This document shows positions 40,400 through 53,494 of a DNA stretch of 64,000 bases, one piece after another. Numbering within the stretch: position 1 is the stretch's first letter; every line of letters begins with the position of its first letter. The position numbers were made by a program, and so were the translations under genes. Location: the NCBI GenBank assembly GCA_964016885.1, contig OZ024741.1:162006001-162070000 (forward strand), written 5' to 3'. Below the pieces are notes generated by a model. The model was not told the DNA's origin. It ran no database searches and saw only the letters and a program-made list of their open reading frames with translations. The DNA is from Eledone cirrhosa (taxonomy: Eukaryota).

Positions 40400-40680
40400 C
40401 AACGCGGGTGGGGTCATCCAAAGTCAATGATCCCAAATCATCGTTGTCATGGCGAGAGGGCTTGTGTGTTCCGTAAATCTGAGTGAGCATTACCGTCTGG
40501 AGCTTTGCTCCTGCTAGAGCCACCCTAGGCGGGCTGGTCTCTTGGGGAGGTTCCAGAACAACAGTAACTCACAGCATGTCAGCTTGCCACCAAGATGGCA
40601 ACCGCATCATCTGACTATTCTGTGGAGAGCCAACAACCCACGCATAAGAACCATCAACCTGTTACGAAAGACTTCAGTCA
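40400..40680 (+). mobile_element. Isolated RTE/BovB-like 5' UTR fragment
   Basis: GC-rich island with ttgtcatggcgagaggg gcttg and gccaccctaggcgggctggtc, resembling BovB-type 5' UTRs. Confidence 0.5.
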
Positions 40681-41522
40681 ATATAAATTGAAAATGTCTC
40701 GAGTTCCATTTTCATAATAATAAGCTAACTTTTCAATATTAGGACCCTTCAACTGTTACAAATATAATCATTCTTACTAGATTTTAAGAATAAAATTTAG
40801 AATTTTGCCACTAAGCTATGCCTTGCTTTACCAAATTATAGTATTTGAAACACATTTTTGATAGTTGGCAATCAATCACTTCTCCTATAAAGCAAGTGGC
40901 ATCTTCTTCATTATAATAGAAACAGCTCCACACATTGGTTTCAAGGATTTTAACAGGCAGTATATTACAAACAAGATGGTCAGGTGTAGAAAGGTAACTA
41001 AAGATTAAGATTCCACATAACATTCTATGCTCAGTTTATAACTCCAACTTTATCTATGACTATCATCTCCAACAGAACTAGATCAACAACTAATCATTTC
41101 TTATAGAAATTCATCAAACTCTCATGGACAGAGAACAATCTTAGTTGATCTGGTACCTATTTCTGACAGTTGATCTGTGACAGGCAGAATCAAGTGTACT
41201 CCTCAAATACACCTGTAATAGAATTGAACTGAAGACTCATGAGTCATATTCAGTCAGGTATTTCATAATTTACTTTATTCAATATTGATTGACTCGTCAT
41301 GTCCTGTACCACATTAAGCCACACAAGCAAGATATTCCTGAAAAGTACAAAACAATGCCATGACTGCATCACAGTTTGTATTTTAGACTGCTGCAAATTT
41401 GCACAAAGATATTTCCAAACATTTGTATTAACAAACCTATTCTCAGATATCTCCACCAAATCACCACAGGATGTTAAGAGCTAGAGATGGTTGTTATCAG
41501 GTAAAAGATATGTGAAATTGTA

Positions 41523-42761
41523 TTAGGTTGTCTCACATGAAATGTATTTGAAATGGAAAGAATAAAATTGTTTTTAAGTGTTTAATTTATTCAAAATATG
41601 ATCCTTGTTTACATATGACCTTCACCCAACGTTCCTTTAAGGCATATATTCCATCTTCAAAGAATTTATCAACTTTTGCACTGATAAACTGTCCGAATGC
41701 TTCAATTACCTCTTCTCTATTTAAGAATGTTTTATTGCATATAAAAAGCTCAAAATGCTTAAATAAGTGATAATCAGTAGGAGAGATATCAGGAGAATAG
41801 GGAGGATGTTGCAAAATTTCATAATTCAGACTTTGCAACTTGTGGACCGTAGCTTGAGAGGTGTGAGGCCGTGCATTATCGTGAAGCAAAATTGGGCCAT
41901 CTCTATTCACTAGTCTGGGATGCTTCTTCTTCAATTTTTCATGCATACGATCAATTTCCTGACAATATGATGTTGCAGTTACAGTATTGCCTTGTTGCAA
42001 AGATGAATAATGAATAATCCCCTTTGCAGACCACTATACAGTGACCATCAACTTCTTAGGGTGCAATGGTGGTTTCGGGTAGTGTTTCGGTGACTCTTCT
42101 GCATCTAACCTCTGCCTAGTCCTTCTGCTGTTATCGAAGAGTATTCATTTCTCATCACACGTAATGAGTCAATGCAAAAATGGATCTCTTTCGAGCCGAG
42201 AAACCAACATTGAGCACACTTTAAGACGCCTGTTTCTTTGAATCTCATTAAGTTGATGTGGAACAAACCTGTCCATCTTTTTGACTTTTCCAATTTTCTT
42301 CAGGTGTCGAGAAACAGTTGAGCGAGATGTCTGGAGCTCAGATGAGATTTTTCGAACCGTTGTTCTCGGATTTTGTTTAACCAAAGCATTCAATTCATCA
42401 TGGCGAATTACTGATATGGGTCTCCCTCTCAGTTCATTTTTAAGGCTCTCATTTTCTGAACGAAATCTTTGAAACCATCTCTGGACAGTTCTGGTGTCAA
42501 CAGAATCGTTACCTAAAGCTTGCTTAATGTTTCATAGGGCTTCTGAGGCCGAGTGACCCAGCTTGTATTCGTACAAGAAAACCACTCGGTATTGTTCAGT
42601 TGTCAACATTGTCATAGGATTGTGGGTAGCGATTTTGAATGGTAATATTGTCTGGAATAAAAGATAGTTAAGATTAAACACAAGCATACACATAATCGAG
42701 CTTATAAATGGCTGATAAAGAAACTTATTAAAAATACGACATTTCATGAGAGACAACCTAA
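41523..42761 (-). mobile_element. mariner (DD34D) transposon, full-length, frameshifted transposase
   Basis: TA TSDs; TIR ttaggttgtctcacatgaaatgt / acatttcatgagagacaacctaa; motifs FVPHQL, HDNARPH and YSPDISPTDY; 1239 bp. Confidence 0.95.
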
Positions 42762-43236
42762 TACTTCCACGTTTGTATGAAAAAAAATAGTTAAAAGTCA
42801 AATCAGAAATTATTAGTACACTAGTTATATTGGAGGGAACAGTAACTCTGATTTTGTAAAAAAAGAATTAACATATGAGAAAGTGGAAGTAATAGGGAAG
42901 GAGGAGTTGGGGTAAAATCAAATATACAAAAACAAAATAAACACAACAGGAGTCAGTGTTGTTGATTTAGTTCATATTTATGTCTGCAATACATCAACAT
43001 TAACAAAATAAAGAATTCCAGGAATGCAATATAAACTTTTGTTGCAGAAATTGTTTAATAAATAATATACAAAAACTATTCTCAAAAATTAGCCTAACAA
43101 ATTTTGGTAGGGTGATGTCAAAAGATATTGGTTGAGTCAAAGCAATGTATTTGCTTAGTATACAAATGACTGAACAATATCGTTACTGATGATCAGCAAC
43201 TTTTAGATATTTCAGCCTGTATAAGAGACTGTTGTA

Positions 43237-44474
43237 TTAGGTTGTCTGGAAAGTTTTTAGCATTTTTTTTTTTCGAAGCATAATAAAAGATAAGACATTT
43301 TAAACATACTCTCATCTTTATTCATTAAAGTAATTGCCATTGTTTTCTATGAATTTAGTCCACCTAGCAGGCAATTTAAATATTTAATCGGCATAAAACT
43401 CAGCTGCTTTTGAGGAAAAGAAGTCATCTATGTGGGTTTTGACACCATCTAAATCATTAAATGATTTTCACTTTAGAGAGTCCTGTAGAGACAAAGACAA
43501 ATAGTAGTCAGATGGTACAATGTGAGGGGAATATGGTGGATGGGGCAAGACATCCCAGCTAAGTTAATGCACAGGTAGCCAAATACATGTGATTGGACAT
43601 TGTCCTGGTGGAACACAGCACCTTTCCTGTTGGAGAGCTCTAGCCTCAATTCCTTGATCTTCTGATTCAAATTTGCTAGCTGATGGCAGTACACATCAGA
43701 ATTGGTCTGATTTTGTGAGAGTAGCTCAAAATAAATAATGCCTTTGAAATCCCACCTGACACAAAGCATGACTTTTTTAAAATGAATATTCTGCTTTGGA
43801 AGCTGTTTTGGAGGAGCCTCAAGCAAATTCAAGGATCCTTTTCTCACTATATCATCGTAAATAGTCTACTTTTCATCTCCAGTTACCAGTTATGTTTTAG
43901 AAGCATATCACAGATGGAATACCGGTCCATACAGTTTTGATCTGACAGTTTGTGAGGCACCCAAACATCATAGTATGAAACATACCCAAGATTCACTAAG
44001 TGTTCGTGAACAGTACTTTTGGAAATTTCCAACTTCTCTGCTAGTTCTCTGGTCGTAATGTTTGAGTTTTCTTCAATGGTTACCTTCAAAATATCATCAT
44101 CTAAGGTTGAGGATTTTCTACAAGGACTGTCATTTTCTAAGCTGAACTCACCATGTCTAAATCTTGCAGACCACCTCCGAGCTGTTGATTCACCTACATC
44201 ATCTTCACCATAAACTTCATAAGTGATTTTACATATTTCCGCATTTTTACTCTTTTGGAAGAAAAAAAGCATTACTTTTGGTTATCCATTTCAAATGGCA
44301 ACTAGATCTAAAAGAGGTAAAATATATATACTGATTTTTAATGTGGAACTTAGCTTGTAGGCTTCAATACTGTAAGCAATTCTGAAATATGAGTCGTACA
44401 AAAATTAGGATTGTTTCACAAAGGGTTTAATGGCATAAATCTTAAAATCGCCCAGAACTTTCTGGACAACCTGA
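43237..44474 (-). mobile_element. Second mariner transposon (different family), full-length, decayed
   Basis: TA TSDs; TIR ttaggttgtctggaaagtt / aactttctggacaacctga; motifs WVPHKL, KVMLCVRWD and HQDN; 1238 bp. Confidence 0.93.
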
Positions 44475-44506
44475 TAGTTTGCTTGAAGCATTATGGAAAA
44501 TGAAGA

Positions 44507-44850
44507 GAGTGTATGTTTTGGAAGCTACTACAATGCAGATGGCATTGTCAATATTGAGGTACTAAAATTGGATGAGATTGAATGCAAAGAAAATTGAGAA
44601 ACCAAAGATTATGTTACCTTTGTAATATTTATTAATCCCAATATATTTCGGATACACTCTCCATTTTCAAAGGATCTTTAGAGATCTGTATCTGAAATAT
44701 ATCATGACTAATAAATATTACCAAGGTAACATAATCTTTAGTTTCTAATTTTTCTTTTTTATTCTTCCCTTCTTTGCACTCACTTAAAAATATCTCCTTT
44801 ATCTGATTTTGTTACCCCATCTGCATTGTAGCTGCTTCCAAAATATGCTC
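44507..44850. repeat. Long imperfect inverted repeat (PLE pLTR-like)
   Basis: Arms pair over about 150 nt. The right arm has GAAA-tata-TC followed by AATAAA, the 3' half of a hammerhead with a palindromic stem III. Confidence 0.65.
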
Positions 44851-44949
44851 ACTTTTAAGTTTGTATTTTATTATATTTCTTAACTTTTCTCAAATGAATA
44901 TTTCCTTGCATCAAACAATATTGTAATATTGAGAAAGGCTTTTGTTGCC

Positions 44950-45392
44950 CTATGTATGGGTGTAAGAGTTGGACTCTCACAGCTGACTTGGAACAAAGAA
45001 TCCAGTCATTTGAGCACAAGTGCTTCAGAAGGTTGCTACACATCACATACATGGAACACAAAACAAATGGCTTTGTCAGGCAGCAAGTTAACGAAGATGC
45101 TGGCAGACAGGAACCACTCCTTGCAATAGTGAAAAGATGGAAGATTGCCTGGTATGATCATGTATCCCACCACAACTCCTTGTCTAAATCTATCCTTCAG
45201 GGCACAGTTGAGGTAGGGCAAAGAAGAGGCAGGTAAAGAAAATCCTGGTTCAACAACATCAAAGACTGGACTGGTCACAACATCGAGACCCTTCTATGCA
45301 CGACGGAGTCAAGACCAGTGGCGACGACTGACTGCAAAAGTGTGGCACACCAATGACTGGCTGCACCAGTTGTGGGAACATGATGATGATAT
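44950..45392 (+). mobile_element. RTE (BovB-like) 3' fragment
   Basis: YGCKSWTL..IQSFEHKCFRRLL..ILQGTVEVGQRRGR; (GAT)n tail. Confidence 0.88.
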
Positions 45393-45569
45393 TTCTATTA
45401 AAAGAAAAATAATACAATTCATTTTGGTCCAAATAAATATTACATACATCAGAATGGATTTTAGAGTCATTCATAAGTATTAATTTTGATATGACCTTGT
45501 AGCATTTAAAAGTGTTGCATAGATATGCTTAGAGGGATGGCACATTTCTTAGAGTTTAGGGTGTTTGGT

Positions 45570-45860
45570 TTACAATTGCAAGGTTATGAGTTTGTTTCCT
45601 GGTGAAGCATTGTGTCCTTGAGCAAGATACTTTATTTCACGTTGCTCCGGTCCACTCAGCTGGCAAAATTGAGTTGTATTTGTAATTAAAAGGACCAGCC
45701 TTGTCACTGTGTCACAATGAATCTCCTTGTTAACTATGTTAAGGGTGTACGTGTCTGTGGAATGCTCAGCCACTTGCATGTTAATTTCACAAGCAGGCTG
45801 TTCCATTGTTCAAACAACTGAAATACTTGTCCTCGGAACCACTGGATCCAACAACAAAAA
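45570..45860 (+). mobile_element. Meta/CORE-type tRNA SINE
   Basis: tgtgtccttgagcaagatactttatttcac core and (CAA)n tail; related copies at 31130-31270 and 52955-53490. Confidence 0.6.
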
Positions 45861-46004
45861 ATACCCCTACAAGAGATAACTTGACACAATTGCTCGAATT
45901 TTAAAATGCTAGCATCAAATAAGATCTGTTTATATTATGAGGGTTCTTTTATCTTGACAACTACTATAATTTTTTTAATTATATATTTTATTTAATTATA
46001 GAAA

Positions 46005-46670
46005 GAGGCTATTTTGCCGGTAAGGGTGTCAGATACCGTGCTTAGAATTACACCGCTTTATGATCTGAGTTCAAATTCGGTCGGGGTTAGCTTTGCCTTT
46101 CATCCTTACGGGGTCGATAAAATAAAGCACCAGTAATGCACTGGGGTCGATTTAATCGACTTTACCCTCCTCCAAAATTGCTGGCATTGTGCCTATTGTA
46201 GAAATCATTATATATTTACTTTAATTATAGGAAGAGGCTATTTTGTCGGTAAGGGTGTCAGACACCACGTTTTGCAGCATAGAGTTGCGGCCATTTACAG
46301 TTTAAGTTGAAATCCCGCCGAGGTTAGCTTTGCTTTTCATCGTTACAGGGTTGATAAAAGAATCGATTTAATCGACTTTCCTCTCCCCCCAAAATTGCTG
46401 GCCTTGTGCCTATATAAGAAACAATTATTATGAAGGCACGTAGGGGTGGTGGATTGGCAGTTTCAGTAGAGCATCGGACACCATGCTTTGCAGCATAGAG
46501 TTACGTCCCTTTGTAATCTGAGTTCAAATGCCACCGAGGTTAACTTTGCCTTTCATCCTTACGGGGTCCATAAAATAAAGTAGCAGTGTCGCTCTGGGGT
46601 CAATTTAGTCGACTTTCTCCTCCCCCAAAATTGATGGCCTTGTGTCTATATAAGAACCCATTATTATGAA
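46005..46670 (+). mobile_element. Head-to-tail run of Nin/Deu-domain SINEs (3 copies)
   Basis: B-box-like gagttcaaat, core tttgcctttcatccttacggggtcgataaaataaag and (ATT)n tails; two more copies at 47548-47953. Confidence 0.8.
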
Positions 46671-46679
46671 GGCAGGTAA

Positions 46680-47214
46680 TCTAAACTATAATAAAAGGTC
46701 TGCGGGACTGCGTACGGTTTATTTATTTTTTTATCCCGTTAGTAAAATAAGTTGCATTACTTTGAATAAATAGTGAATTAATATTACATAATTTATCTAC
46801 TAAATTTCGTAAACAAAAATAATTTCGTAAAAATAAATAATTTAAAATTGACTTCTTTTCAAAGTTGCACTTCCGGTATATCGTTGCCACCACCACCACT
46901 TCAACTACCATATATATCGAAAGAGAGAGTGTGTGATGGCAACACTTCCGGTGGCGATCACTTAAATAAACATACTAATTTTCTTCTAATGCAGTTTATA
47001 TATAATATCGTCTTTTTTTAATGTATCATAGATTACGTTACATATTACATAAGACAGTGTAACACAGTCTTCGTTCAATTTCTATCTATTATATATTGTC
47101 AATTACGATTTTATTTGATGTATCATATCTACATGTATATATATTTGCGTATAATATCAATATACACACTACATATGCTAGCAGAAAACTACCCGAGGGT
47201 GGTTTTTCTGCTAG
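46680..47214 (+). mobile_element. Non-autonomous Helitron whose terminal hairpin includes the CTAG end
   Basis: a|TCtaaactataataaaagg start; 3' ctagcagaaaac...gtttttctgCTAG|t; inserted in an AT dinucleotide. Confidence 0.65.
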
Positions 47215-48359
47215 TGTTAATAATAACAACAGACAGATTTAACACAGAAGTTTATTTATTTTCACCACCAATTATTAAGACAATTTAAACCCTAACCCAA
47301 ATCCAACACTAACACAATTTATATTTACCAAAATAATCTTTAAAAGTATGTTTGTCTATTTTACCGGGACCAGCAAAATAGCCTATTCGTTAATTATACA
47401 AATATATTATGTCAACTATAGTTTACAAAAAAAAGTTAGATATTTTATTTTGAGTTATCCCCCCTGATTTTGAAAGTATTGATCAACAATGTTACCTTCC
47501 CTTAGTATGGGTATAGTCTTGATTAATTAGTTATCATCCTCATTATAGCAGTATCGGTAGGGCGTCAGACACCATGCTTTGCAACATAGAGTTCAAACCC
47601 CGCCGAGGTTAAATTTGCCTTTTACCCTTACGGGATCGATAAAATAAAGCACCAGTAATGCGCTGGAGTCGATTTAATTGATTTTCCCTTCTCCCCAAAT
47701 TGCTGGCCTTGTGCCCATAGTAGAAATCATTATTATTATTGGCAGTATCGGTAGAGTGTCAGACACCTTGCTTTGCAGCATAGAGTTACGGCCCTTTACG
47801 TTCTGAGTTGAAATCCCGCCGAGGTTAGCTTTGCCTTTCATCCTTACGGGGTCGATAAAATAAAGTACCAGTAATGCGCTGGAGTCGATGTAATCGACTT
47901 TCCCTTCCCACAAAATTGCTGGCCTTGTGCCTATAGTAGAAATCATTATTATAATTAGTTCCCCGCTCCCATCAATTTATCAAGACAATAAAATCTTTGT
48001 TTACACTAAAGGACCTCTTCACCATTTAGGTTGTGTTGTTTATTTTTTATTTTTTATTTTTTTTTTTTTTATTTTAAAACGCATTTCTTACTTTTATATT
48101 TCATAGATTTTATTTAAAGTTTTCCTCTTAAAGTCGCTGCGGATCCACTGTGAACTCATTTGGCCTCCACCCGCTGTCCTGTCGCTACAGGTCCGGTCAC
48201 CTTCCACACCATGTTGCTCTCATCGAGGTCATAAAGCATGGCTTGGATGCTGCAGGCTTCCCCTCCCAGTTCGAGCAGAACAATAATATGAGAGACGTAA
48301 GATAAGAAAATTATAAAATTATAAAAAAATTATAAAATTGACTTACTTACTTAAATATC

Positions 48360-48442
48360 ACTTCCAACTAATTAGTTTCTGGAATAGAGTAAATATATTT
48401 TCCGAAGAATATATAAAAAAAGCATTCCGTCGTCAGGAAAGT
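48360..48442 (-). ncRNA. Type I hammerhead ribozyme, intact core
   Basis: actttc-CTGACGA-c-GGAAT...ATTCC-a-GAAA-ctaattag-TT-ggaagt on the minus strand. Confidence 0.8.
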
Positions 48443-48964
48443 CTATTTTCATGTAAGTTTCCAGGCATAGCGAGGACTCTGGAAACTTATTAAAAAATAA
48501 TTCAGTGGAAAGGAAATAGCGAAGCGTGGACTGAAATCCTAGCCATTGAGAAAATCACTGCCTCTACGTCTGTGGCAAATTCAAAAAGAATCAATCACGT
48601 GACATCGAGGTCAATCAGTGGAAAGCGAGTTGTTAATAAGACAGCGGCCTGCCTACTACTATAGCAGCAGTCATGGCCAATATTGCTCGACAAATGAATT
48701 GGAGATAATTATAAAGAATTTATATCTAGTAACATTTATATACATACAGATGCATATCAATGCCAGCAAATATATAGGTTTTGTCTGAGTAACATTGTGG
48801 TTCAATGCATGGGGTTGCAGAACAATAATATGAGAGACGTAAGATAAGAAAATTATAAAATTATAAAAAAATTATAAAATTGACTTACTTACTAAAATAT
48901 CACTTCCAATTTTTTAATAAGTTTCCAGAGTCCTCGCTATGCCTGGAAACTTACATGAAAATAG

Positions 48965-49046
48965 ACTTTCCTGACGACGGAATGCTTTTCTATATATTCT
49001 TCGGAAAATATATTTACTCCATTCCAGAAACTAATTAGTTGGAAGT
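48965..49046 (+). ncRNA. Type I hammerhead ribozyme, intact core
   Basis: Stem I actttc(48965)/ggaagt(49041); CTGACGA at 48971; stem II ggaat/attcc; GAAA at 49027; palindromic stem III ACTAATTAGT; GUU triplet, predicted cut after 49040. Confidence 0.8.
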
Positions 49047-49110
49047 GATATTTTAGTAAGTAAGTCAATTTTATAATTTTTTTATAATTTTATAATTTTC
49101 TTATCTTACG

Positions 49111-49239
<129 letters not shown>

Positions 49240-49843
49240 ATTTATTTGTAGGTATGTGCGTGCGCTTGTTATATAAGTATTTATTTACTTATAAACGTTT
49301 ATATAATTATTTATTTATTTGTACACAAGCATACACACACACACATATTTATATGTGCGTGGTTTCGTAGACCTATGGTAAGGTTTTGCGGATGCTTGTG
49401 TATGTACGTATCTGTTTGCGTGTATGTATTTATTTGTTTCTATTACTTCTGTATTGTATTTATTTACTTTGTTCTTAACTCTGTAGCGGAGATTCATTTG
49501 GTCTCCTAGTTAGTATTTTAGTCTACGACTTCTGCTATACCATTTACGTGGTTTTGTCTTTGCGTGCTATTGTTCTCCACGCTCCACATATGACTTATTA
49601 TCTTCGTTTCTTCGTTCATTGCCAGAGAACGTCTCTATGCACCACCTAAGAGAACATTAGTCTATGACCTCTTTTATACCATAAACGTGGTTCTGTCTTT
49701 GCGCGTGTTTTTCACCGCTCCTATTAATGACGTATTATTCGTTTTTTCCCGTTCTTTGCCAGGGAACGTTTCCACGAACCAAAGTATCGTCTTCCTGTCT
49801 TCCTCCGGTTACAACGTTTTTTGAAATATTCACTTCTGCGTTC

Positions 49844-49919
49844 ACAGATTGACTTTGTTAGTTTCAGAAGATCCCGTTAAGGGTGAAAGCAGCGATTCTT
49901 TGCTTAAACTTTAATCTGT
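49844..49919 (+). ncRNA. Type I hammerhead ribozyme with extended stem I, U4A variant
   Basis: acagattg..agttt-CAGAAGA-t-CCC gttaa GGG-t-GAAA-GCAG cgattct TTGC-TT-aaact-t-taatctgt; followed by AATAAA. Confidence 0.7.
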
Positions 49920-50016
49920 TATTTTAATAAATATTTGCTCTACGGTTTTTATATATTTGATATATATTTTCCTTATCGAGCCCTCTTTGGATTTTAGTCT
50001 TCAATTTTATTATTAT

Positions 50017-50052
<36 letters not shown>

Positions 50053-50279
50053 AGGGAGACACAAAGCAGGCTTTTTTTTAGAAACGGCTAGCGAATTTGA
50101 AAACTAGGTAGTAACATGTGCTTACACCGTATTTGACTAAACAGAATTAGTCTGTTAGTTAGGATTAAAAACAACCCTCTGATGTGGGTTAGTGTCCCAT
50201 GTATGTCAATACTTAACCTTTTTTTCCATTCAGAGGGCTTTTAAAAATCCCAACTAACAGACTAATTCTATTTAGTCAA

Positions 50280-50376
<97 letters not shown>

Positions 50377-50464
50377 GTATTTCCGAAGAAAAGGTAAAGG
50401 AAAGAAAAATGCTCCATGTATAGTACAGAACTATTTAATTATATAACAAACAACACAATAGAAT

Positions 50465-50538
50465 TATTCCATTACCTAAGGTTTCATGAAGCTAGACGAT
50501 TTTGACTGAAACGTCCAGTTCACTCATCAGATGAAATA
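50465..50538 (-). ncRNA. Type I hammerhead ribozyme, intact core (mirror copy)
   Basis: Minus strand: tatttcat-CTGATGA-gtgaa ctggacg...cgtctag c ttcat-GAAA-ccttagg-TA-atggaata. Confidence 0.8.
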
Positions 50539-50610
50539 TTTCATCTGATGAGTGAACTGAACGTTTCTGTTAGAATCGTCTAGTTTCATGAAACCTTAGG
50601 TAATGGAATA
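50537..50610 (+). ncRNA. Type I hammerhead ribozyme, intact core
   Basis: tatttcat-CTGATGA(50545)-long stem II-GAAA(50590)-cc tta gg-TA-atggaata; GUA triplet, predicted cut after 50602. Confidence 0.8.
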
Positions 50611-50665
50611 ATTCTATTGTGTTGTTTGTTATATAATTATATATATATTATTGAATAAAATGATT

Positions 50666-50870
50666 AACGGAGTTAATTATTACTGAGTGAAATGACAGGA
50701 GGCCGGACTGGTGAAATTCCTTCAAAGATTTATTAAAGCAAACACTATGTACATTTCAGTGGCCAGGTTCCGTAAGATCCTGGTGACATACTGTTTGCTA
50801 TAATAAATCTTTGAAGGAATTTCACCAGTCCAGCTTCCTGTCATTTTACTCAATAACAATTAACTCCGTT
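50666..50870. repeat. Inverted repeat, PLE pLTR-like
   Basis: About 85-bp arms; the minus strand has GAAA-TGTACA-TA (palindromic stem III) followed by AATAAA. Confidence 0.7.
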
Positions 50871-51005
50871 CTCGCACCACCAACAAGATTCAACATCACA
50901 GATGGATGAGTTTTATAATGTCGAGTGCTTTTCCTATTATGACATCATGGTTGGCTATACGGAATGACCAGTTCTATCCAGTGGTGAACCACCAAACTTA
51001 AATGA

Positions 51006-52048
<1,043 letters not shown>

Positions 52049-53118
52049 CGCGTGTAAGTATGTGTGTCTCTATGGATAAGAAAAGTCAACAAACCAAAAA
52101 CATAGGAGAAAAATACAAAACAATGATGATATATATTAGTTTAAATTAGGAAAACAAGTTTAATATATTTATGTATATAACCTCACTTTCATATTTCCTA
52201 AATTTTGTTTTCAAATCCATATTTAATAAAAACACCATCTTATTTATTCATTCTGACGACTGAAGACAGACATAACATTTACCTTCAAGAAGCTACTGGT
52301 AAATGAAATAATTATCTTATGTTGCTTATTACATAACTATATATGTGTGTGTGTGTGTGTGTGTATGAATATGTATATACGTGTATGTATATATGTGTAT
52401 GAATGTTATTATATGTGTATGTATGTTTTTTATTTATATATATATATATATATGTATGTGCATATGTGTGTGTTTGTATATATATATATATATATATATG
52501 TGTGAGTGTTTGTATGTGTGTGTGTGTGTAATACAATGAAGATATATTAATTTATCTTCGTTTAACGCTTGATATAGTAGTAAAGGTTTCTTAATATATA
52601 TAATTATTACTTTCATTAACAGTATTATTACCATCGTTCGTATTATATGTATACTTGTGTGTTTACGTGTGTGTGTATGTGTGTGTGTACGTGTGTGAAT
52701 GTGTGTGTGTTGAAAGGCACAAATGTTCTCGGCAGGGTTTCAATTTAGAGCCCAAAGTGCCGGAACACATCTTAATAGTCACGAGGTCAAACGCTTTAAT
52801 TATGCATTTTGTTCCACGCCCTAACCTATTAAAATTAAGTTTGTTAAGTTTGTATAGTCTTATTGTTATGTTAATTGATTTGGCACAGGTGAATAGCAGG
52901 TGGGACAACTACACGATATTCTTTTCTGTTTAATGTTGTTGCTTTTATATAGAGTGTTTGATTCACAATCATAAGCTTGAGTTCGATTCCTGGCGGCTGG
53001 TTATGTCTTTAGGCAAGACACTTTACTTCATGTTACTCCACTCCACTGCAATTATACCTGTGATTCAAAGGGCCAACCTTGCCACACACTATGTCATGGG
53101 TACACGTGTCTATGGAAT

Positions 53119-53449
53119 TATAGCGAGAGTACTGGGTTGTATGAATGTAACAAGGAATACATTGTTTGTGTAGATAATATTTAATTAACAATGGTAGATA
53201 GTATAGTTGCCATGTCAAAGAAATAGATGATAGAATGAAACAAAGTTAGTCGTTACCGTTTTGATTGCCAGGCAAACGCGGCTGGCAGAGGACGCCTGGC
53301 TAAGGCCAGCCAGGCCGTATGAGAGGCAGAGCCAAATGAGAGAGTGAGAACTTAAAGTTGTTAGTTTTATAGGATTCTGACCGGAAGTTACAGAAAGGGT
53401 TCTACTTCCCGTCTAGATGTTAATCCAAACAAGGGAGACAACCGCTACA
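53119..53449 (-). mobile_element. Solo LTR (Gypsy-like) nested in a SINE
   Basis: 4-bp TSD gaat (53115-53118 and 53450-53453); termini tatagcg / cgctaca (TG..CA, one end mutated); TATAAAA and ATTAAA on the minus strand; interrupts the SINE at tggaat. Confidence 0.75.
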
Positions 53450-53494
53450 GAATCTTCATTCATTTGCATGTTCATTTCACAAGCAGGTTGTTGT

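Larger units (their letters stand above)
50436..50639. repeat. 204-bp palindrome (5 mismatches) with back-to-back hammerheads
   Basis: Axis between 50537 and 50538 (gaaat|atttc), no spacer. Confidence 0.95.

Noticed and set aside
46060-46095. tRNA genes suggested by GTTCAAAT B-box motifs
   Set aside because: These are SINE heads; no cloverleaf can be formed.
50131-50281. Hammerhead in the inverted repeat containing CTGATGT
   Set aside because: The inverted repeat is real, but A9 and GAAA are missing, so no ribozyme is called.
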